A stretch of 16,026 nucleotides of DNA from Octopus sinensis (taxonomy: Eukaryota): NCBI RefSeq assembly GCF_006345805.1, contig NW_021825295.1, forward strand, positions 1 through 16,026, in the 5' to 3' direction. Each line of letters starts with the position of its first letter. The first letter of the stretch is position 1. The translations under genes and the position numbers were made by a program. The notes beneath the pieces are model-generated. The model was not told the DNA's origin and ran no database searches. It worked only from the letters and a program-made list of their open reading frames with translations. This document shows, piece by piece, positions 9,286 through 16,026 of the stretch.

Positions 9286-9706
9286 GGATCTTTTCGGTTT
9301 GAACGGCAGTTTTTTCTAGCGGTGTCATATGAAATTGTCACCCATAATTATAACCCTAGTATCGATCTATTGCATTTCAATCTGTTTTAGGGTTAGGGTT
9401 AGGGTTAGGGGTGGGGGAAGGGTATCTTTTTTCTTCAGAAATGTAAATAAACCCAATCTGTTTCTTAAACGAGGGACATATTCATACGGCACAGAATGTT
9501 TTCACCTTCGATAGACGTCATTGATTGGTTGAAATTGCAGAAATTGAAGAAAAAAACGACAAATATCTTACAAACTATAGAATTTTTTCAATAAAGCCAA
9601 GAGAAAAAGATGTTTTATAAACACATTCTACCAGTATACAAAGTTTAAAAGTGTTTAGTTACGTGGAAATTATTAAAGAAAACTGCCGTTCAAACCGAAA
9701 AGATCC
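9286..9706 (+). mobile_element. 421-bp MITE with 28-bp TIRs, 8-bp TSD and internal (TTAGGG)4
   Basis: Perfect TIR GGATCTTTTCGGTTTGAACGGCAGTTTT at 9286-9313 and 9679-9706; TSD AGGATTTT at 9278-9285 and 9707-9714; second copy at 13646-14068. Confidence 0.9.
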
Positions 9707-9721
9707 AGGATTTTTTAATTA

Positions 9722-9959
9722 ATATTTTGCGTATCCTTGGTGATATTACGGTGAGGTTGTCGATCAAGCGCCAGAGTAGAACTGGTGAGCGTCGCCTTTT
9801 ACATCTTGGTAGGAATAAATTTCTTTCCAGCTGTTTTTGAAAGTATTCTTCTACGTTGCAACGCCAAGATAACCTATTTTGCTTTATAGAATGCTGCTCT
9901 TTTTCCCTGCAATCGTTTTATCCATCTCTACTGAAACAAACGCGTTTCTTGGTAGCCAT
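9722..9959 (-). pseudogene. Decayed 5' end of a probable hAT-type transposase (Zn-finger N-terminus)
   Basis: Manual translation with one frameshift and four stops gives MATKKRVCF/VEMDKTIAGKKSSIL*SKIGYLGVAT*KNTFKNSWKEIYSYQDVKGDAHQFYSGA*STTSP*YHQGYAKY. The spacing matches an F-x3-W...FYCxxC-x5-C-x-HQG pattern, with the Cys codons decayed. Confidence 0.45.
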
Positions 9960-9960
9960 A

Positions 9961-10177
9961 TTGCAATAAGATCATTTGTTTATTTTCGCAGTCGTTAGCT
10001 TTGCAGTTTCTACCTTCTGTACCGCGAAGGAGTAGTAGACTCGATGCCTAAGATTCCTAGCCTGTACGTATACGCCATACGCCGCAATCGCAGGTCGCGC
10101 GAGTCATAAAACTTTTTCCCAACTGCATGACGGAGCAAACCGTAAACGCCGCTTGTTTGCCGCGTACGGAGAGGTCT
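9961..10177 (-). mobile_element. CpG-rich segment upstream of the transposase relic, duplicated at 13441-14082
   Basis: Reverse complement aligns at roughly 88-90% identity by eye to 13441-13645 plus 14077-14084. Confidence 0.8.
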
Positions 10178-10624
10178 GTGAGTAGGCTAAAATTGCGCCT
10201 CGAGACTGTGATAAATGTTTAGATGTTCTAAATTTTTTTTTTAGTCTGCCGATGAAGCAATGTATCTGCTGAACTGCAATAAAATGTCTTAAGGCCAATT
10301 TTTCGTTTGTTATGCAATTTTTAATGTTTTGTGGACATAATCTAATCGTAAAGTAATTTCTTGCATAACCTACATCCTAATGAAATGTGAAAAAAAAAAA
10401 AAGTCTTATCGCCACTCCTTTTTTTTCTGAACATACTTTGTATTCGGAATATTGATGGATAAGATGTTTTGAAAAATGATTCGGCGTCTCTTCACGGACA
10501 GATCTTTAGAAAAAAAACAAAAACAAAAAAAACAACAACAACAAAAAGCACTTGGAGTTATAAACAGTAGTTATATGCCGTACCCTATATGCTGCACCAC
10601 TCAAATGTAAAAATAGATATATAG

Positions 10625-11535
10625 ATATGTACATGTGTGTGTGTGCGAGAGTACACGCACACACACACATACACACACATACACATACATACATACAAAC
10701 ATGCATACATACATACATACATACATACATACATACATACATACATGCATGCATGCATACATACATACAAGCATACATGCATACATGCATACATACATAT
10801 AAAAATACAAAATGGGACAAGAAGGCAAAACATCCAGACAGATGATACAAAAATGGGACAACAAAACATCCAGACGATACAAAGAAAACAAGGACGGGTC
10901 ATTCGAAGTTTTCTTTCCTCAGTCAAGTACCAGATTATCTTCGCAATTTCGACTGATTATACATACATACATACATGCATACATACATACATACATACAT
11001 ACATACATACATACATACATACATACAAACACACACACGCATACATACATACATACATACATACATACATACATACATACATACATACACATGCATACAT
11101 ACATACATACATACATACATACATGCATACATACATACGTACATACCTATATACATACATACATGCATACATACATACGTACATACATAAATACATACAT
11201 ACATACATGCATACATACACACACACATACATACATACATACATACATACGTACATTCATACATACATACATGCATACATACATACGTACGTACATAAAT
11301 ACATACATACATACATGCATACATGCATACATACATACATACATACATAAATACATACATACATACCTATATACATACATACATACATGCATACATACAT
11401 ACGTACGTACATACATACATACATACATACATACATACATACATACAAACACACACACACATACATACATACATACATACATACATACATACATACATAC
11501 ATACATACATACATACATACATACATACATAACGT
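10625..11535. repeat. Long (ATAC)n/(AC)n array interrupted by a family F insert
   Basis: Direct reading. Confidence 0.95.
10801..10959. mobile_element. Family F fragment inside the (ATAC)n array, with an internal tandem duplication
   Basis: Homologous to 4880-5002; TACAAAATGGGACAA...CAAAACATCCAGAC occurs twice within 10806-10880. Confidence 0.7.
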
Positions 11536-12095
11536 ACATATATACGCCTGTATACAGAGAGTGAAAGAGCAAGAAATTTAACAAAAGTGATGGGCGAATA
11601 TCATGCATCAAATTTCTTAAGTGAATTTCTTACAGTTTATGTTCTTCTGGTAGGTTTGTGTTACTCGGCTTATCTTACTCGGATATCAATTTCTCATTAT
11701 GTAACAACCGAGAGGATTTTCGATTAAAATATCGATCTCAGTACATAGATGGTACTTATTTCATAGACCACGGATTGTCATGGAAGAAAGTAAACAGAAT
11801 ACTGCACGCTATTTCAATCTTCTTTCTTTCTTTTTTTTTTTTTTTTTTAGAACTCAACTGAGTGAACTTTCCAAGTAACGGCATCCAAAATTGGAAAAAT
11901 CCAAGCTAAGGTTATCTTTGAAAAGGAAATTATTGGCAAAACGTTAATTTGCGTATGTCCAATGCTGGCTCCATATGTAAAGGAAAAAAATGTAATGTGT
12001 CGACAACATGTGAAAAGCTAAGTAGTTGCGTATGGCAACCGTTTCATTCATTGACATATACACGATCACGATGTCTAAAGATATTTAGAAGAAAG

Positions 12096-12334
12096 AGAAG
12101 GCGGCGAGCTGGCAGAAACGTTAGCACGCCGGACGAAATGCGTAGCCGTATTTTGTCTGTCGCTACGTTCTGAGTTCAAATTCCGCCGAGGCCGACTTTG
12201 CCTTTCATCCTTTCGGGGTGGTTAAATTGAGTACCAGTTACGCATTGGGGTCGATGTAATCGGCTTAATCCGTTTGTCTGTCCTTGTTTTTCCCCTCTAC
12301 TATGTGTTTAGCCTCCTGTGGGTTATAAAGAAAC
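12096..12334 (+). mobile_element. SINE family A with 17-bp TSD
   Basis: AGATATTTAGAAGAAAG at 12079-12095 and 12335-12351; A box TGGCAGAAACG and B box GTTCAAATTCC. Confidence 0.9.
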
Positions 12335-12350
12335 AGATATTTAGAAGAAA

Positions 12351-12512
12351 GCGCAGGAGTGGCTGTGTGGTAAGTAGCTTGTTTACCAACCACATGGTTC
12401 CGGGTTCAGTCCCACTGCGTGGCATCTTGGTCAAATGGCTTCTGCTATAGCCTCGGGCCGACCAAAGCCTTGTGAGTGGATTTGGTAGATGGAAACTGAA
12501 AGAAGCCTGTCG

Positions 12513-12543
<31 letters not shown>

Positions 12544-12770
12544 ATATGTTTGTGTGTCTGTGTTTGTTCCCCTATCATTGCTTGACAACCGGTGCTGGTG
12601 TGTTTACGTTCCCGTCACTTAGCGGTTCGGCAAAAGAGACCGATAGAATAAGTACTGGGCTTACAAAGAATAAGTCCTGGGGGTCGATTTGCTCGACTAA
12701 AAGGCGGTGCTCCAGCATGGCCGCAGTCAAATGACTGAAACAAGTAAATGAGTAAAATGAGAATGAGTAA
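12351..12770 (+). mobile_element. SINE family B (full length)
   Basis: A box TGGCTGTGTGG, B box GGTTCAGTCCC, internal (TA)n(TG)n and GAGTAAA-type tail; aligns with 3491-3865. Confidence 0.9.
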
Positions 12771-12959
12771 AGCAGGAAGAAGACATTTAAAACTTAGACA
12801 GACTCATAAGTGATTCCATGCTTTCCCCGCGTCTGTCAGGTGAATACGCCTGAGCTGTTACACTATAGCGAAAATTATTAAAATTATTAAACGGGAGACG
12901 CGAAAGGCAAGCTACTATAAAGATCTAGGTGAATTAAAACAGTGTGGCGAAACGTTTAA

Positions 12960-13398
12960 CCCATTAACTGCAATGCTTATTTATTCACATTACTTTGGAT
13001 TAATCATGCACTGGCTTGTCAGGTTTGAAATTTCGATGGTATGACTGTTTATGGTTTAGACGGCGAGCTGGCAGAAACGTTAGCACGCCGGGCGAAATGC
13101 TTAGCGGTATTTCGTCTGTCTTTACGTTCTGAGTTCAAATTCCGCCGTGGTCGACTTTGCCTTTCATCCTTTCGGGGTCGATTAAATAAGTACCAGTTAC
13201 GCACTGGGGTCGATATAATCGACTTAATCCGTTTGTCTGTCCTTGTTTGTCCTGTCTGTGTTTAGCCCCTTGTGGGTAGTAAAGAAATAGGTTTAGAATG
13301 ACATTTTAGAATATTTCTTAAAGTCTGTCTCTTGTTAGTTTGAATATAAAACAGGTAGAATATTTGGGCCTGATATTGCCGGATTAAATGCTAAAGGG
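12960..13398. mobile_element. TTAA-type MITE (same family as 9080-9274, inverted) split by a SINE
   Basis: Left end TTAA-CCC at 12956-12962. Right end CCGGATTAAATGCTAAAGGG is the reverse complement of the 9080 left end. The two halves flank the SINE at 13061-13289. Confidence 0.65.
13061..13289 (+). mobile_element. SINE family A with 8-bp TSD
   Basis: GGTTTAGA at 13053-13060 and 13290-13297; aligns with 1-233 and 12096-12334. Confidence 0.9.
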
Positions 13399-13440
13399 CC
13401 AAGGAATTCCTATCGACTCGGCTATAAAGACATGAAAATA

Positions 13441-14082
13441 GACATCTCCCTACGCGGCAGAGTGGCGACGTCTACGGTTTACTCCGTCATGCAGTTGGGA
13501 AAAATTTTTATGACTCGCGCGACCTGCGATTGCGGCGTGTGGCGTATATGTGCAGGCTAAGAATCTTAGGTATCGAGTCTACTCCTTCGCGGTACAGAAG
13601 GTAGAAACTGCAAAGCTAACGACTGCGAAAAGACACAAATGATCTGGATCTTTTCGGTTTGAACGGCAGTTTTTTAAAATAATTTCCACGTAACTAAAAC
13701 TTTTTAAACTTCGTATACTGGTAGAATGTGTTTTAAAACATCTTTTTCTCTTGGCTTTTTGAGAAAATTCTATAGTTTGTAAGATATTTGTTGTTTTTTT
13801 CTTCAATTTCTGCAATTTCAACCAATCAATGACGTCTACTGAGCTAAAAACATTCTGTGCCGTATGAATATGTCCCTCGTTTAAGAAACAGATAGGGTTA
13901 TTTACATTTGTGAAGAAAAAAGATACCCTTCCCCTCACCCCTTACTCTAACCCTAACCCTAACCCTAAAACAGATTGAATGCAATAGATCGATACTAGGG
14001 TCATAATTATGGGTGACAATTTCATATGACACCGCTAGAAAAAACTGCCGTTCAAACTGAAAAAATCCAATGATCTTATTGC
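13441..14082 (+). mobile_element. About 211-bp copy of the 9961-10177 segment, flanked by 14-bp direct repeats and interrupted by a MITE
   Basis: AAGACATGAAAATA at 13427-13440 and 14083-14096. Confidence 0.75.
13646..14068 (-). mobile_element. 423-bp copy of the TTAGGG-bearing MITE with 8-bp TSD
   Basis: TSD AATGATCT at 13638-13645 and 14069-14076; (CCCTAA)3 at 13951-13968; right TIR has 2 mismatches. Confidence 0.9.
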
Positions 14083-14196
14083 AAGACATGAAAATAAATT
14101 TGTAAGCAAAATAAGTTTATTTCAATATGGATGCATGTAAAGATATTGGGAGATAGCTGGAAGGGAAATTTCAAATTTATTTTCATTTCTTTCCAG

Positions 14197-14258
14197 GGCC
14201 TTGGTTAGCAATGATAATAGTAGCCAATGCTGTAGTCGTAATAATATACTCTATTATA
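14197..14258 (+). other. Candidate 62-nt internal exon encoding a hydrophobic helix
   Basis: Acceptor TTTATTTTCATTTCTTTCCAG| and donor ATA|GTAAGT; one open frame reads PWLAMIIVANAVVVIIYSII. No homology evidence. Confidence 0.35.
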
Positions 14259-14641
14259 GTAAGTATATTTTCTTTAACAATTATATTTAACTAACGAGAC
14301 ATTTTACCATTATCAACGTCACGCATCAAATAACTGATTCCTTGCAACTTAACTCTTTCCTAGATATATATTCTGGTACTTCTCAGTTCTTAGATTTCGT
14401 GACATATAAGAAATGTGAAAAAAAAAAATAATAAATAAAATGAGAATATTCATTGATGTACCTCGAATAGAAAGTTTTAAAACAGTTTTGAAGTTTAAGA
14501 ACAAAATTAGAAAAATAGAAACAGTGATCTATACATGTATATATATATACATATATAACGGTGTTGTATTAATCACAATTGTGGTATAAAAGGAAATTAT
14601 CATGTTTTCTCAAGACATCCAAGCAACTTTTATTCTTTTTT

Positions 14642-14690
14642 TCTTGTTTCAGTCATTGGACTGTGGCCATGCTGGGGCACCACCTTAAAG
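14642..14690 (-). mobile_element. 3' tail fragment of a family B-type SINE
   Basis: TCTTGTTTCAGTCATTGGACTGTGGCCATGCTGGGGCACCACC matches 3517-3560. Confidence 0.7.
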
Positions 14691-14763
14691 GGTTTTAATT
14701 GAATATATCGACTCAAAGCTTACTCTATGAATCTGATACGTATCCTAATGTTCCTTTTTTTGG

Positions 14764-14824
14764 CACACACACACACACGCACGCACACACACACACACTC
14801 ACACATACACACTCACACACACAC

Positions 14825-14858
<34 letters not shown>

Positions 14859-14910
14859 ACACACACACACACTCACACACACACACACACACACAAACAC
14901 ACAGACACAC
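14764..14910. repeat. (CA)n microsatellite with CT interruptions
   Basis: Direct reading. Confidence 0.95.
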
Positions 14911-14936
14911 TCACAAACGTACACGTATATATATAG

Positions 14937-15222
14937 TGAACTCTCCTGCTATAAACAACTGACGAGTGCTCTGCAATTTCTTGCTGCTCAACCTGCACAG
15001 ATGATCAAATGTATGTAACCTGCATTAGATCACTCCTTCCTACAAAATCAACATTGCTTCTAGGGTGGCACGAGTGTGCCACTTGTTATTTGTCGAAGTG
15101 ATCGTAGTTTGAAATTCAATGTTTTCCGCAAGAACACAGCACAGCACTCCACCCCGATCGGGAATCGAAACCACGAGCTTACCGATCACAAGGGTAACAT
15201 CCTTACCATTTGGCCACGTGCC
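14937..15222 (-). mobile_element. tRNA-type SINE, family D
   Basis: Minus strand reads GGCACGTGGCCAAATGG (A box) ... GGTTTCGATTCCC (B box), then GTGTTCTTGCGGAAAACA (CORE-like). The 3' boundary is approximate. Confidence 0.7.
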
Positions 15223-15224
15223 TT

Positions 15225-15263
15225 CAGATACACACACACACACAGATACACACACACACACAG

Positions 15264-15303
<40 letters not shown>
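15225..15303. repeat. (CA)n with an 18-bp higher-order unit CAGATA(CA)6
   Basis: CAGATA at 15225, 15243 and 15261. Confidence 0.9.
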
Positions 15304-15305
<2 letters not shown>

Positions 15306-15394
15306 GATCTCATCTTGGAAACCTCCATTAATTCTTAATAGTTCTATCACCTACCTCGACCACATTCTTACATACCACCGCCATTACTACCCAT

Positions 15395-15692
15395 GTTTGT
15401 TCCTTCTCGAGCGCATCTCTGGCTCATAAGGGCCGGTTCCTGGTTTCCTCCTTGCGTATAGTTCCCCCCTGGACGAGACGCCGGTCCGTCGCAGGTGAGG
15501 AGCAAGATGCAGAGGAAAGATGAGAGAAAGTTGTGGCAAAAGAGTCAACAGAAGTTCGCCATTACCTTCTGCCGGAGCCGCGTGGAGCTTAGGTGTTTTT
15601 GCTCATAAACCAACACATCGCCCGGTCTGAGATTCGAACCCGCGATCCCTCGACCGATAGTCCGCTACTCTAACCACTACGCCATGTGCCTC
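15395..15692 (-). mobile_element. tRNA-type SINE, family E
   Basis: Minus strand has A box TGGCGTAGTGG, B box GGTTCGAATCTC, body CCTGCGACGGACCGGCGTCTCGTCCAGGGG and tail ATGAGCC...CTCGAGAAGGAACAAAC. Confidence 0.8.
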
Positions 15693-16026
15693 CACAATTA
15701 CTCACATACCTATGTAAATTTTTCCAACTCTAAACCTCGTTTATCAAACGGGCCATTCCCTATTCTCAATACCTCTATCTCCACCGTCCGAGTAGCCGCT
15801 ACGTTACTATGGCTTTGAAACTCAGCTACAGTATACGGCGTGTCTCTTCATTTGCCGTGAATAAACACACTGTTGCTCAAGCCACTCGGTCCTGAACCCG
15901 CCAAATCAATCGCACCTCTGCTCCATCAACTCGCATCTGTTTCACTCGCAACCGTATTCCCATTCCTCTCTTTTTCATTCCCACCTGTAATAATTTTCCA
16001 TCGTAACATTCAGCTCGATCCTATCA

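Noticed and set aside
9387-9410. Telomere or chromosome-fusion scar
   Set aside because: Only four units, inside a MITE and repeated in its second copy.
14959-14985. CTGACGA-GTGC motif
   Set aside because: No GAAA or stem III; it is part of the SINE D tail.

Overview
AT-rich eukaryotic DNA, very rich in microsatellites and made almost entirely of transposon relics. The SINE families and microsatellite load suggest a coleoid cephalopod, probably Octopus; this is my recognition, not a database result. No complete protein-coding gene is supported, and nearly all long ORFs in the track are translations of simple repeats. The main result is a cluster of five hammerhead-ribozyme (HHR) motifs in the first 5.4 kb: 449-508 (+), 670-703 (-), 2500-2542 (-), 5226-5289 (-) and 5321-5384 (+). 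They lie in four unrelated short elements that resemble Penelope-like (PLE) pseudo-LTRs or retrozyme-type non-autonomous elements. One is a 418-bp near-perfect palindrome with two back-to-back hammerheads. In another, the inverted arm stops 1 nt from the predicted cleavage site. The window also holds about 10 tRNA-type SINE copies, two TTAA MITEs, two copies of a telomere-repeat-bearing MITE with 8-bp target-site duplications (TSDs), a decayed hAT-like transposase 5' end, two repeat families embedded in microsatellites, and a few speculative small exons.
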